Shown: positions 45,817 to 54,683 of the stretch, in pieces
How positions within the stretch are numbered: position 1 is the first letter of the stretch
How the letters are laid out: each line of letters opens with the position of its first letter
DNA from: a virus
DNA length: 64,000 nucleotides
Reading direction: 5' to 3' (one strand)
IMG/VR virus record: IMGVR_UViG_3300017727_001923
Span: 33,406 to 97,405 of that record
Notes under the pieces: model-generated
What the model was told of the DNA's origin: nothing
Database searches by the model: none
What the model saw: the letters and a program-made list of their open reading frames with translations, nothing else
Made by a program: the position numbers and the translations under genes

Positions 45817-46510
45817 TATGATAAACAATCACGAGTCCACAGTTGCGACTCGACATGTTATTGAATCAATAAAGAAAACTGGAACAAAACTAGAACCTAT
45901 CATTCTACCCGCTACCACACCAAAGACTATTGGTGAAGGGATAGACCAGTTGGATATGAATGGTGTTGCATGGACGTATCCTCTAGATGAACACCAAGAC
46001 GGTCTTGATATGAAAACAGGACTACGTCTTACTCACTACAAAACTGCGAATCATAGTAATCGTGTTGCATGTCTAATATCTCATATGAGATGTTGGCAGA
46101 AGTCGATTGACCTTGATGAGACTATTGTTGTACTGGAACACGATGCATTATTTACAGATTCTCTTTTACCAGAGGACTTGACTTCTGAGTGGAAGGGTGG
46201 TATAATAGGCTTAAATAATCCAATAGGTGCGACACGTAGAGCGCACGTATTTGATGCACAAGTGAAAAAAATACATGGACTACAGGGTGTTCCTTCAGTA
46301 GATGATTGGGATGTACCCCAAGGTCTTGCGGGTAACTCTGCATATATGATATCACCTAAGGCAGCTAAGAAACTGATAAATAAGGTGAAAGAAATCGGAA
46401 TGTGGCCAAACGATGCACTAATGTGTAAACAATTGTTTCCTTGGTTACAAGTCGTATATCCATATTACACCACAATACAGAAAGGGTTGAAGTCAACTAC
46501 AACACAATAA
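45797..46510 (+). CDS. GT25-like glycosyltransferase
   Basis: ACLISH...W, VLEHDA, NSAYMISP.AAKKL, ND. Confidence 0.8.
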   Translation: MKAFIISMINNHESTVATRHVIESIKKTGTKLEPIILPATTPKTIGEGIDQLDMNGVAWTYPLDEHQDGLDMKTGLRLTHYKTANHSNRVACLISHMRCWQKSIDLDETIVVLEHDALFTDSLLPEDLTSEWKGGIIGLNNPIGATRRAHVFDAQVKKIHGLQGVPSVDDWDVPQGLAGNSAYMISPKAAKKLINKVKEIGMWPNDALMCKQLFPWLQVVYPYYTTIQKGLKSTTTQ

Positions 46511-46695
46511 TGGAAATACCACCCGTATCATCAATACCCAAGGTAACAGACCGTTCGTATACTGTTGAACGAGTCAATAAAGTTGCAGGCGGAGATTATA
46601 AAGTTGAAAGTACAACTTATTATGTTACTACATATGATAATAAAGGGAGAATAACGACTACAACTAATACTAGTCAATTGAGTTTTTTAATATGA
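46510..46695 (+). CDS. small T/S-rich hypothetical protein
   Basis: TAATG-coupled, 61 aa. Confidence 0.55.
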   Translation: MEIPPVSSIPKVTDRSYTVERVNKVAGGDYKVESTTYYVTTYDNKGRITTTTNTSQLSFLI

Positions 46696-47339
46696 AAGCA
46701 TTTGTAATTACAATAAAAGATAATCCATCGTCTGTTCAAGTTGCTGATAGGTGTATTGAATCGGGTAAACGTCATGGACTAACGATTGAAAAGTTTGATG
46801 CAATCACCCCCGCAGATAATCCTGTAGAACTATTACAGACAAGAGGTATTGACCCAATACAATTTGATGAGAAATATTCTCGTAATTTAAATTGTATTTC
46901 TGCATTCTTATCACACTACGCATTGTGGGAAGCTTGTTCTAAGGGTAACGAAGACTTTATTATCTTTGAACATGATGCAGTTATGGTTACACCTTTACCA
47001 ATGTTGTTTCCTAACTATGTAATGAACATAGGTCATCCATCTTACGGTAAATGGAACAAACCAAACTTTCTGGGACTTAATCCTTTAACCACCAAAAGAT
47101 ATTTTCCTGGCGCTCATGCGTATTGGGTTACTCCCAAAGGTGGTAAACTATTAGTAGAGAATGCACCATTGTATGCAAAACCTACCGATGTATATTTAAA
47201 TTTAGATACCTTCCCTTGGTTACAAGAATGTCATCCATTTGTTGCAGAAGCACGGGACACATTTACTACCATTCAAGTAGAAGAAGGATGTCTTGCAAAA
47301 CACAATTGGAAAGAAGGATATGACATTATCGATGCTTAA
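46692..47339 (+). CDS. GT25-like glycosyltransferase
   Basis: AFLSHY.LW, IFEHDA, GAHAYWVTP.GGK.L, PTD. Confidence 0.8.
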   Translation: MKAFVITIKDNPSSVQVADRCIESGKRHGLTIEKFDAITPADNPVELLQTRGIDPIQFDEKYSRNLNCISAFLSHYALWEACSKGNEDFIIFEHDAVMVTPLPMLFPNYVMNIGHPSYGKWNKPNFLGLNPLTTKRYFPGAHAYWVTPKGGKLLVENAPLYAKPTDVYLNLDTFPWLQECHPFVAEARDTFTTIQVEEGCLAKHNWKEGYDIIDA

Positions 47340-47997
47340 AGTTTTTTTGACAGGATGTGATAATAACACAGAATGGCAATTACCATGGTTTTTAGAAAAC
47401 TATAAAAAACACAATACTATACCTATTGTTCTTGCAGATTTTGGTATGTCTAAAGAGGCACGTGCAAAAGCAGAAGAAGACTTTGATTTAGTAATAACAG
47501 TTAAGAGTGAAGCACAGGGATGGTTTAAGAAACCTCGTGCGATTCTAGATGCAACTAAGTTAGATGGTGTAAAGAAAGTTTGTTGGTTGGATACTGATTG
47601 TGAAGTAACCGATGACATATCACCAATATTCAATCTATCAGAATATGGTAAGTTGGGTATGGTAAAAGACCGACCTTGGAGTACACGTAGAAGTGAACTT
47701 GGAAGTTGGTATAACTCTGGAGTTGTTCTGGTGGAAAACACTCCAAATATCCTGAAGAGTTGGGCAGACGAATGTATTCGAAACCCTGTTCAAGGAGACC
47801 AAGAGGTTCTTTATATAATGATGGGAGGGGATGAGATTACGAAGATGTCGTATATTAAACCTATACCTCATGTGTACAACACTTTACGGTTGGACTATAT
47901 AGATAACATACAAGTAAAGAACCCTAAAATAATCCATCACACTGGAAAAAAAGGGAACGAAGTAATAAGGAGACAGATAAATGAATTATCTACTTGA
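47332..47997 (+). CDS. GT-A glycosyltransferase (GT8-like)
   Basis: WLDTDCE, YNSGVV, GDQEVL, YN, IIHHTG. Confidence 0.75.
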   Translation: MLKVFLTGCDNNTEWQLPWFLENYKKHNTIPIVLADFGMSKEARAKAEEDFDLVITVKSEAQGWFKKPRAILDATKLDGVKKVCWLDTDCEVTDDISPIFNLSEYGKLGMVKDRPWSTRRSELGSWYNSGVVLVENTPNILKSWADECIRNPVQGDQEVLYIMMGGDEITKMSYIKPIPHVYNTLRLDYIDNIQVKNPKIIHHTGKKGNEVIRRQINELST

Positions 47998-48202
47998 AGC
48001 ATTAGTAAGAAAATTAGACGGTGATATTGCCGTTGCAAAAGCAAATGTTGACGTGTACATGAAAAACGCTGCTGGTATAGGAGAACATCCTGATATCGTA
48101 GAATCTATTGAAACACAGATTAGTAAAATCGCAGAAGCCGAAGATAAGATGAATATAATTCATACTCATTTCGGATGGAATAAAGGAAAGAAGAATGTAT
48201 GA
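47981..48202 (+). CDS. conserved small phage protein
   Basis: GDIAVAKANVDVYM....GIGEHPDIVESIE. Confidence 0.7.
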   Translation: MNYLLEALVRKLDGDIAVAKANVDVYMKNAAGIGEHPDIVESIETQISKIAEAEDKMNIIHTHFGWNKGKKNV

Positions 48203-48602
48203 ATATAGAACAAAAGTTGTACGTGTTGTTGACGGTGATACCGTTGACGTTGACATCGATTTGGGTTTTGGTGTTTGGCTTCGAAAGTCAAGAATCAGAC
48301 TTCTTGGCGTGGACACCCCAGAATCACGAACACGTGACCTCGTAGAAAAGAAATATGGATTAGCTGCAAAAGCATTTCTAAAGAAGAGTTTAGGTACTTC
48401 TCCTATTCTTAAAACAACAAAGGATGGTAAAGGTAAGTTCGGACGTATTCTTGGTGAATTCCTTGTTGATTTTGATGACGGTAGTCGTATTAATATTAAT
48501 CAATATTTGGTTGACAATTACCACGCAGTGGAGTATAATGGACAGTCTAAAGATATTATTGCAGACCAACATTTGGCAAATAGAGAATTAGTACAACTGT
48601 AG
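48195..48602 (+). CDS. thermonuclease (SNase-like)
   Basis: RVVDGDT.DV, RIRLLGVDTPES, GKFGRILG. Confidence 0.9.
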   Translation: MYEYRTKVVRVVDGDTVDVDIDLGFGVWLRKSRIRLLGVDTPESRTRDLVEKKYGLAAKAFLKKSLGTSPILKTTKDGKGKFGRILGEFLVDFDDGSRININQYLVDNYHAVEYNGQSKDIIADQHLANRELVQL

Positions 48603-48610
48603 AGTAAATT

Positions 48611-49240
48611 ATGAGAGTTAATGTATTGGGTAACGGTGACAATGCGGGATTGTTCGAAAGGGGAACGCCTGGCAAACTGTTAGTTTGTAATATGCCACCA
48701 TTTGAAATCCCACGCAAAGAAGTTCACGCAACCTGTATGGTGGACTTCAAGATGATGAAGGCACTACAAGAAGGTCATGTTAAGTTAGACATGTATGACT
48801 GGATTCTTGGAACTAGACCTAAAATCTGGATGGAGAATTCTGGTACTTTCTATATGAAATACTCTCACCTTATCAAGGGATTCTATTCACATATCCCTAA
48901 GTATGCGGGAGACCCAAAGTATGCCGCAACTAACTTTAACTGTGGTCACATGGCAGTTCACTATGCATGTGCAAAGATGAGAGCAACCGAAGTTCACATC
49001 TATGGATTCGATAGTATCTTTGATATGAATCTGGGTAGTTTCACTGACCTAATTTTAGAAAGTGACCGTTCTACAAACAATACAGTAAGACTTGCGGGAA
49101 ACTGGAGACCTATATGGACAGAGATGTTCAAAGAATTTAAAGAGGTCAAGTTTCATTTATATCATAGTCACAAAAACATTAAAATCCCTGTATCAAAAAA
49201 TGTAGAGATTCACACAAAATCCATGCATGATAATACTTGA
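48611..49240 (+). CDS. glycosyltransferase-like protein (GT29/DUF115-like)
   Basis: VLGNG, NCGHMAV, IHIYGFD-like (VHIYGFDS). Confidence 0.45.
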   Translation: MRVNVLGNGDNAGLFERGTPGKLLVCNMPPFEIPRKEVHATCMVDFKMMKALQEGHVKLDMYDWILGTRPKIWMENSGTFYMKYSHLIKGFYSHIPKYAGDPKYAATNFNCGHMAVHYACAKMRATEVHIYGFDSIFDMNLGSFTDLILESDRSTNNTVRLAGNWRPIWTEMFKEFKEVKFHLYHSHKNIKIPVSKNVEIHTKSMHDNT

Positions 49241-49265
49241 CATTTAATATCAATAGTGATATAAT
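49237..49265 (+). promoter_or_regulatory. sigma70 promoter for tRNA pair
   Basis: TTGACA-17-TATAAT. Confidence 0.85.
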
Positions 49266-49283
49266 ATCTTATTGATTGGAAAA

Positions 49284-49359
49284 CGTCTCATGGTGAAACT
49301 GGATATCATCCGAGTCTTCTAAACTTGTGTTCAAGGTTCGAGTCCTTGTGGGACGGCCA
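49284..49359 (+). tRNA. tRNA-Arg(UCU)
   Basis: Acceptor CGTCTCA/TGGGACG, anticodon arm CGAGT-CTTCTAA-ACTTG, T-loop TTCGAGT, encoded CCA. Confidence 0.92.
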
Positions 49360-49369
49360 ATCAACGATT

Positions 49370-49444
49370 GCCTCCGTAGTTTAACGGATAAAACAGTCCG
49401 CTACGAACGGACAACTCGTGGTTCGATTCCATGCGGGGGCACCA
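49370..49444 (+). tRNA. tRNA-Arg(ACG)
   Basis: Acceptor GCCTCCG/CGGGGGC, anticodon arm GTCCG-CTACGAA-CGGAC, T-loop TTCGATT, encoded CCA. Confidence 0.93.
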
Positions 49445-49470
49445 GTTTAAGAGCTAAAAAGGTATAAATA

Positions 49471-49665
49471 ATGCTACAGACTATGAAAATTAATCTAGAA
49501 GATGAAGAATCTTCGGATTATAGAATATTTAAAATGAATGATGGATATGATTTCGGAGATTTATCTGATTCAGACCTATCATTTTTTAGTAAGACTGAGT
49601 TAGACGAGGGTCAAAAAATGGCAGTAGTCAATAACAAAAGTCTTTTCATATACATAGAGGAGTAA
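49471..49665 (+). CDS. small acidic hypothetical protein
   Basis: 64 aa ORF, AAAAGGT upstream. Confidence 0.55.
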   Translation: MLQTMKINLEDEESSDYRIFKMNDGYDFGDLSDSDLSFFSKTELDEGQKMAVVNNKSLFIYIEE

Positions 49666-49669
49666 CTCA

Positions 49670-49882
49670 ATGGATAAAGTAACAGAAATAATTAACAACC
49701 TTAGAGGAATATTGGTAGACCCAATAGTAGACCTATGGGAAGAGTACAAGGGCGAAGTCGGTCTTGTTATCGGAACATTAAGTTTAGTTGTAGGAATATT
49801 CCAAGGAGCATCATTACTGATTGTCTCTGGTTTGGTTCTAGTCGCAATGACTTGTGTCGATATTTATGATAAGTATGTTTAA
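49670..49882 (+). CDS. small membrane protein
   Basis: GAGGAG SD; two hydrophobic segments. Confidence 0.65.
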   Translation: MDKVTEIINNLRGILVDPIVDLWEEYKGEVGLVIGTLSLVVGIFQGASLLIVSGLVLVAMTCVDIYDKYV

Positions 49883-49906
49883 TTAATTGCTTAATTGATT
49901 ACGAAC

Positions 49907-49929
49907 AAAGAGGACTTTATGTCCTCTTT
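49907..49929. terminator. bidirectional terminator between convergent units
   Basis: AAAGAGGAC-TTTAT-GTCCTCTTT with T-runs on both strands. Confidence 0.65.
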
Positions 49930-50597
49930 TTCTTTTCTCTCTCTTGTTTAATCCACTTCTTCGCTTTACTATTATCTACTGGACTACGTAAGAACTTCTG
50001 AATATCTCTATATGCACGTAGAGTTTCTGCCTTGTAGTCTTTACCGTCTGAGTTATCGACAATCAACATATCCTTCTTACCAAACATCTGTTGAAATGCA
50101 CCGATGTTCTTTTGAACAGTCTTCCAGTATGAAGTTACTTCTTTCTCACCAATAGTACGGTCACGTTCGGAGTCTCGTTTGATTGCAGTTTCTAGGTCAG
50201 TGTTTACAAATATCATTGCAGTATCATAACCTAACGCTTCCATTGACTGTACTTGTTTCTTAACCTTTGGAAAATCTTTACCAGTACCATCAATAACTAC
50301 ACCAAGTCTACCCATAAGGTATCTTGCTTGTTTCTTACCTGTTAATGCCTTTGCACGTCCACGAATATCTTGACCTTGAACTGAGAAGATGTTTTCAGGA
50401 GACATTTCAAGTCCTGCTTTTTTCATTGCAGATTCATATGCGTCATCCGAATTAACTACCTTCAGACCGAGGGCGGGGAGACCCGTTTTCCCGACAATGA
50501 AGGACTTACCACTGCCTGGCCCGCCTGCTAGGAAAACTGCTTTAAAGATTGCGGGGTCATCCACACCCTCTGTCATAAACTTTTTAAACTTAATCAT
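49917..50597 (-). CDS. P-loop kinase (zeta-toxin/AAA_33-like) with CTS-like N-terminus
   Basis: AVFLAGGPGSGKS, VVNSDD, VIDGTG, R...R; N-terminus MIKFKKFMTE. Confidence 0.8.
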   Translation of the reverse strand: MIKFKKFMTEGVDDPAIFKAVFLAGGPGSGKSFIVGKTGLPALGLKVVNSDDAYESAMKKAGLEMSPENIFSVQGQDIRGRAKALTGKKQARYLMGRLGVVIDGTGKDFPKVKKQVQSMEALGYDTAMIFVNTDLETAIKRDSERDRTIGEKEVTSYWKTVQKNIGAFQQMFGKKDMLIVDNSDGKDYKAETLRAYRDIQKFLRSPVDNSKAKKWIKQEREKKKRT

Positions 50598-51427
50598 TAG
50601 TATACCTTAATTACTTTTTGCAAAATAGAAGTCATCTGTGTTGCAATATTTGTTTTAAAATTATCGTCTCCGTAGTTTTCGTGTACGGTATTACTACCCA
50701 AATAATGTAACACGTCATTTACATCCTTTGGTGTTCCCGTTAAACGAGTCGGGCGTTCTGGTATAGGATTTCCCCTACGTATTTCCATTCTTATATTATG
50801 GTCTTGAAAATCATCTATTAAATCAAAATCTTCGGTGCAATATGATGCAAAGTCATCTTTGATATCTTGTGCATTATATGTAGTACCTTCTGGAATACTA
50901 AATCCCGCAAGAAAGACTGCATCAAATTTGACATCTTCTGGTGGTACAACGTTGTAGTTATCCGCACCCATCTCATACATTCCATTAGAAGATATAATGT
51001 TTACACCAAAGTCTAGATGAAGGTCTTGATATAAACTTGTATGTCCGTCTGGATATGGAACATATATGTTAGGAGAACAATTAAAATGTTTATTAATAAT
51101 AGGAGTCATATGTTGACTCGCATTACTTTGCATTGTCTCGTAGTTGGCATCCATTAGTTTTGGAAACCTACCGTTTCTAAAAGAAGGAACAAACAAGACG
51201 TTTTGATACTTCATTGATGTTAAAAAATTACTGTATGTTATGCCAGCAACGACATGTCTTTCTGTTCCAATAATTTTATCGGTCAAACTATCAGTTGTAT
51301 ATCCTTTTATAATACCACGAATCTTTGTCTTTAATGCAGTATCAGCTTCATCCGAAACAAATAATGTGTTTAGGTTTCCGTTCGCAGATATTACTACATT
51401 ATTGGATGACTCGTAATGAGTAGACAT
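50597..51427 (-). CDS. late hypothetical protein (paralog of 51427-52224)
   Basis: Shares NIYV, DVKFD, DIK..FA.YC, DLID, KVY* with its neighbour. Confidence 0.75.
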   Translation of the reverse strand: MSTHYESSNNVVISANGNLNTLFVSDEADTALKTKIRGIIKGYTTDSLTDKIIGTERHVVAGITYSNFLTSMKYQNVLFVPSFRNGRFPKLMDANYETMQSNASQHMTPIINKHFNCSPNIYVPYPDGHTSLYQDLHLDFGVNIISSNGMYEMGADNYNVVPPEDVKFDAVFLAGFSIPEGTTYNAQDIKDDFASYCTEDFDLIDDFQDHNIRMEIRRGNPIPERPTRLTGTPKDVNDVLHYLGSNTVHENYGDDNFKTNIATQMTSILQKVIKVY

Positions 51428-52224
51428 TAGTATACCTTGTAATAATCGTTTATTTCTTCAATATTTAATGCAACTCTGTAATAATTCAGTTTTTGTTTTA
51501 AACTTAACATGTAAGGTTCAGAGTCTACAACACGTTTTTCTAGGTCAATAAGTTTCTTAGGAGTATTAACACAAGTATACATTCTATCTTTATAAAGTTC
51601 TATGTCTCTAGTACTACCATTAATATTAGTCTCTGATAATCTACGAATATCAATCAAGTCAACATTAGGTGAAATACAGTATGGTGCAAATTTCTTCTTG
51701 ATATCATCAATCTGGTAAGTACCTTTCTTATCCGCTTCAACACCTAATAGAACAATACAATCAAATTTTACGTCAGTTTGAATTTTAAAATCGTGGTCAA
51801 GTCTGAAATATGAATCACACTCTATTTGATTTACTTCGTAATGGTCATATAAATCTTTCATGTAATTATCACCATTCTTTGGCATAGTTACATATATGTT
51901 ACCTTCAGATTCATTTACTGCATGAACGATAGGAAGTAGATGGTCACCCGCACTATTGATTGGACGATAGTTTCTATCTCTTAGTCGTTCATAGTTAGAA
52001 TCTTCGAATGAAGTTACTACAAGAATATTTGAATATCCACCAGACACAATCATTCCATCTATAATAGATGCATCTGTTATCAATGGTACAAAATCTTTTC
52101 TTGTGACATTCTTGTTATTAAAAACAGATATCTTTCCGAGAGATTCCATCAACTTAGTCTTTGTATCAAGGTTGATGAGATTGTTCGTATCTATCCCTTT
52201 AGGTTGTGTCTTGTATAATAACAT
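51427..52224 (-). CDS. late hypothetical protein (paralog of 50597-51427)
   Basis: As above; TAATG coupling on both sides. Confidence 0.75.
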   Translation of the reverse strand: MLLYKTQPKGIDTNNLINLDTKTKLMESLGKISVFNNKNVTRKDFVPLITDASIIDGMIVSGGYSNILVVTSFEDSNYERLRDRNYRPINSAGDHLLPIVHAVNESEGNIYVTMPKNGDNYMKDLYDHYEVNQIECDSYFRLDHDFKIQTDVKFDCIVLLGVEADKKGTYQIDDIKKKFAPYCISPNVDLIDIRRLSETNINGSTRDIELYKDRMYTCVNTPKKLIDLEKRVVDSEPYMLSLKQKLNYYRVALNIEEINDYYKVY

Positions 52225-52496
52225 TATGTCCCCTTATAAATCTTTTGAATGTGGTCTTCGAATTGTTCTATCTTTTCGAGACGATTTGGCCAGAGAATGT
52301 ATTCTTTCTCTGGATTCTGTTTTAGATTGTTCAATAGGGGTTGAACCGCATTAAACAACGTGTCTAGTTTTTCTTGAGTTTCGGACACAGATGCAGTAGT
52401 AGAAGCAACTGACGCTTGTGCTTGTTGCACAACCTCTAGTTCATTCTCATCTACAAGGGTGAATCCGAAATCAAATAGTTCGTTTGAATTACTCAT
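52224..52496 (-). CDS. conserved small T4-like protein
   Basis: FDFGFT.VDE.EL...PLL.NL..NPEKEYILWPNR. Confidence 0.75.
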   Translation of the reverse strand: MSNSNELFDFGFTLVDENELEVVQQAQASVASTTASVSETQEKLDTLFNAVQPLLNNLKQNPEKEYILWPNRLEKIEQFEDHIQKIYKGT

Positions 52497-52501
52497 AGTT
52501 C

Positions 52502-52509
52502 TATTTATA
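52502..52509 (-). promoter_or_regulatory. T4-type late promoter, 5 nt upstream of ATG
   Basis: Minus strand TATAAATA-GAACT-ATG; a second TATAAATA lies at 52564-52571. Confidence 0.8.
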
Positions 52510-52533
52510 CCTTTAAATAATTGTAAAAAACAC

Positions 52534-52562
52534 TTGACAAAGTGTGTTTTATCCTGTATAGT
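52534..52562 (+). promoter_or_regulatory. sigma70-type early promoter
   Basis: TTGACA-17-TATAGT; ACACTT-GACA-AAGTGT inverted repeat over the -35 box. Confidence 0.75.
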
Positions 52563-52587
52563 GTATTTATATAGTCTGGAGATATAG

Positions 52588-52884
52588 ATGCAAACATTTC
52601 ACGGTTCAATGAAATACGACATGCATGGTCGTAAACGTAAGACGAATGCATGGAAGAAGACCCCCAAACGCAAACCTGAGTTCAAACCTCTTGAAAACTA
52701 CTCTATAGGTAATGGTGAAGACCATCGTAAGAAATACCCGTCCGCTAGTGACATGGGTTATGTCCCTCAAAAAGACAACTCTTATAAATTAGAAGAGTCC
52801 AAGAAGTTTACTGTCGCACCCGCATACAATAAAGGTGCATACCAAGTCATCCCCCGTGGTGACGTTAAACATATAGGAAAATAA
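52588..52884 (+). CDS. conserved small phage protein
   Basis: KFTVAPAYNKGAYQVI. Confidence 0.75.
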   Translation: MQTFHGSMKYDMHGRKRKTNAWKKTPKRKPEFKPLENYSIGNGEDHRKKYPSASDMGYVPQKDNSYKLEESKKFTVAPAYNKGAYQVIPRGDVKHIGK

Positions 52885-52886
52885 CT

Positions 52887-53045
52887 ATGTTACCCAAAGA
52901 TGAACGTGATGAATTCGAGATATTTGCTCGTGAGATGTATCAAGAAAACTGTCGTGAAAGAGACATTTATAACGAACCTCTACTTACCTTTGACGAGTAC
53001 GTTGAAAAAAATAATCAATTTTTGCTTGACAACTTGCGTAAATAG
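52887..53045 (+). CDS. small hypothetical protein (52 aa, not in ORF track)
   Basis: MLPKDERDEFEIFAREMYQENCRER...; AGGA SD. Confidence 0.65.
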   Translation: MLPKDERDEFEIFAREMYQENCRERDIYNEPLLTFDEYVEKNNQFLLDNLRK

Positions 53046-53054
53046 TGTTATAAT
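53026..53054 (+). promoter_or_regulatory. sigma70-type early promoter
   Basis: TTGACA-17-TATAAT. Confidence 0.85.
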
Positions 53055-53089
53055 ACTTGTATTGATAATGAGAACTATGAGAGGAAATT

Positions 53090-53569
53090 ATGAAATTAGT
53101 TATTCAAACCCAATATAAAGAGAACTATGCCGCACATAATGAGGATTATGTCCACGGTGTCTCCGAATCCTATTGGAAGAACAAGGGTGGTAGCACCTAC
53201 ATTGTGGACTATGTGTCCATAGAACAAGCTCAATCTGAAGGATACTACGAAGAGTTGTATTCTAAAATTGAGTTCAGTAATGAGGCATGTGAAGAATATG
53301 TCATTAGTGCAGAAGTAATAGATGATATTGATTTCGATATCACCAACCACGTTGAGAAGTGGGAGACTCCTATTATGTTAAGGAATTTTTCTGGTACTAA
53401 GTTCCATGCGACTAGAACCACCATAAATGGTGAGTATGGTTACATGAAATCCGATATCGCAAAGACCGAAAGAACTTGGGTCTTGGGTGATGACGAGTCT
53501 GGTGAGTATCACCTACATCTAACCGATGGTAGAGTTATGACCAGTGACCAGTATAGGGAGGCGGCATAA
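53090..53569 (+). CDS. early hypothetical protein
   Basis: MKLVIQTQYKENY...YWKNKGGSTY; GAGG SD. Confidence 0.75.
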   Translation: MKLVIQTQYKENYAAHNEDYVHGVSESYWKNKGGSTYIVDYVSIEQAQSEGYYEELYSKIEFSNEACEEYVISAEVIDDIDFDITNHVEKWETPIMLRNFSGTKFHATRTTINGEYGYMKSDIAKTERTWVLGDDESGEYHLHLTDGRVMTSDQYREAA

Positions 53570-53844
53570 TGGCAGATAGACTTATGAATGGTGGGTGTAT
53601 GGTCGAGAAATTCGAGATGCCTGAAGTAGATGGGTATCAACTCGTCTACAAATTTGATAATGGTTATGGTGCATCTGTAGTCAAACATGACTTCTCTTAC
53701 GGTGGTAAGAAAGGTCTATATGAACTTGCAGTACTTGACAATGAAGGTGCATTGTGTTATAATACTGGTATAACTGAAGATGTTGTCGGTCACCTAACAA
53801 TGGGTGAAGTCGATAAATTACTTGTGGAGATATCACATCTATGA
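53569..53844 (+). CDS. conserved small phage protein
   Basis: YKFDNGYGASVV..FSYGG..GLYELAVL. Confidence 0.75.
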   Translation: MADRLMNGGCMVEKFEMPEVDGYQLVYKFDNGYGASVVKHDFSYGGKKGLYELAVLDNEGALCYNTGITEDVVGHLTMGEVDKLLVEISHL

Positions 53845-54398
53845 ACATATTCCATTTAGACCAAGACCCTACAATTGCCGCACAGATGATGTGTGACAAA
53901 CACGTGGTCAAGATGGTTGTCGAATACGGACAGCTACTGTCTACTGCACATCGTGTACTAGATGGTGAATTGTATTTGGACAAGACCAAGAATGGTCGTA
54001 ACATCAAACGATGGAGACTAAAACCAACTGCACAAGAAGAACTCTTGTACAAAGCATCTCATGTCAATCACCCATCTAATATTTGGGTACGTGATAATGA
54101 CAAGAACTATCGATGGTTGTATAAACACTTCAAAGCGTTGTGTAAAGAGTACACCCATCGTTACGGTAAGATACATATGACCGATGACAAACTTAGTGGT
54201 CAGTTATGGTTTGCACCACGCAATATCAAACAGACAGTAACCACAACCAAATTCGCACAAGCAATGCCTGAGTATTGCAAACGTGAAGACCCTGTAGAAG
54301 CATATCGCTACTACTATATCAATGAAAAGAAAGACTTTGCGAAGTGGACTAACCGTGCAATGCCATGGTGGTATCAACAAGCAGTCGGTGGATTTTAA
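53841..54398 (+). CDS. pyrimidine-dimer DNA glycosylase / endonuclease V-like protein
   Basis: MNIFHLD, DKHVVKM..EY.QLLSTAH, H.NHP.NIW, EYTHRYGK.H, AMP, AYRYYY. Confidence 0.75.
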   Translation: MNIFHLDQDPTIAAQMMCDKHVVKMVVEYGQLLSTAHRVLDGELYLDKTKNGRNIKRWRLKPTAQEELLYKASHVNHPSNIWVRDNDKNYRWLYKHFKALCKEYTHRYGKIHMTDDKLSGQLWFAPRNIKQTVTTTKFAQAMPEYCKREDPVEAYRYYYINEKKDFAKWTNRAMPWWYQQAVGGF

Positions 54399-54399
54399 A

Positions 54400-54666
54400 A
54401 TGGAGAAAGAAATGAAATACCAAGAAATCGTTGACACCTTACGGGAAGGTGTAGTGAACTTATCGTTTACGAAAGTAAAGGATGGAGAAGTTCGTAATAT
54501 GAGAGCAACACTGGTATCCGAACAGATACCACAGGATAAAATGCCTAAGACAGATGCAAACGCAAATACTGAAAAGAACCAACTTGCGGTTCGTGTATTT
54601 GATTTGGATTTACAGGACTGGCGTTCATTCCGTGTAGATTCGCTCTTGACTTTTAACGCAGTATAA
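54400..54666 (+). CDS. SH3/WYL-like small protein (DUF2693-like)
   Basis: SFTKVKDGEVRNMRATL...VFDLD..DWRSFR. Confidence 0.75.
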   Translation: MEKEMKYQEIVDTLREGVVNLSFTKVKDGEVRNMRATLVSEQIPQDKMPKTDANANTEKNQLAVRVFDLDLQDWRSFRVDSLLTFNAV

Positions 54667-54683
54667 GTTATACTATATAAGAT

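Noticed and set aside
49917-50597. Zeta toxin as part of an epsilon-zeta toxin-antitoxin module
   Set aside because: No small antitoxin upstream; it is the last gene of a late operon and carries the CTS-like leader, so a packaged kinase is more plausible.
52900-53118. 72-aa ORF from the track
   Set aside because: Runs through an early promoter; the SD-supported frame 52887-53045 fits the gene tiling better.
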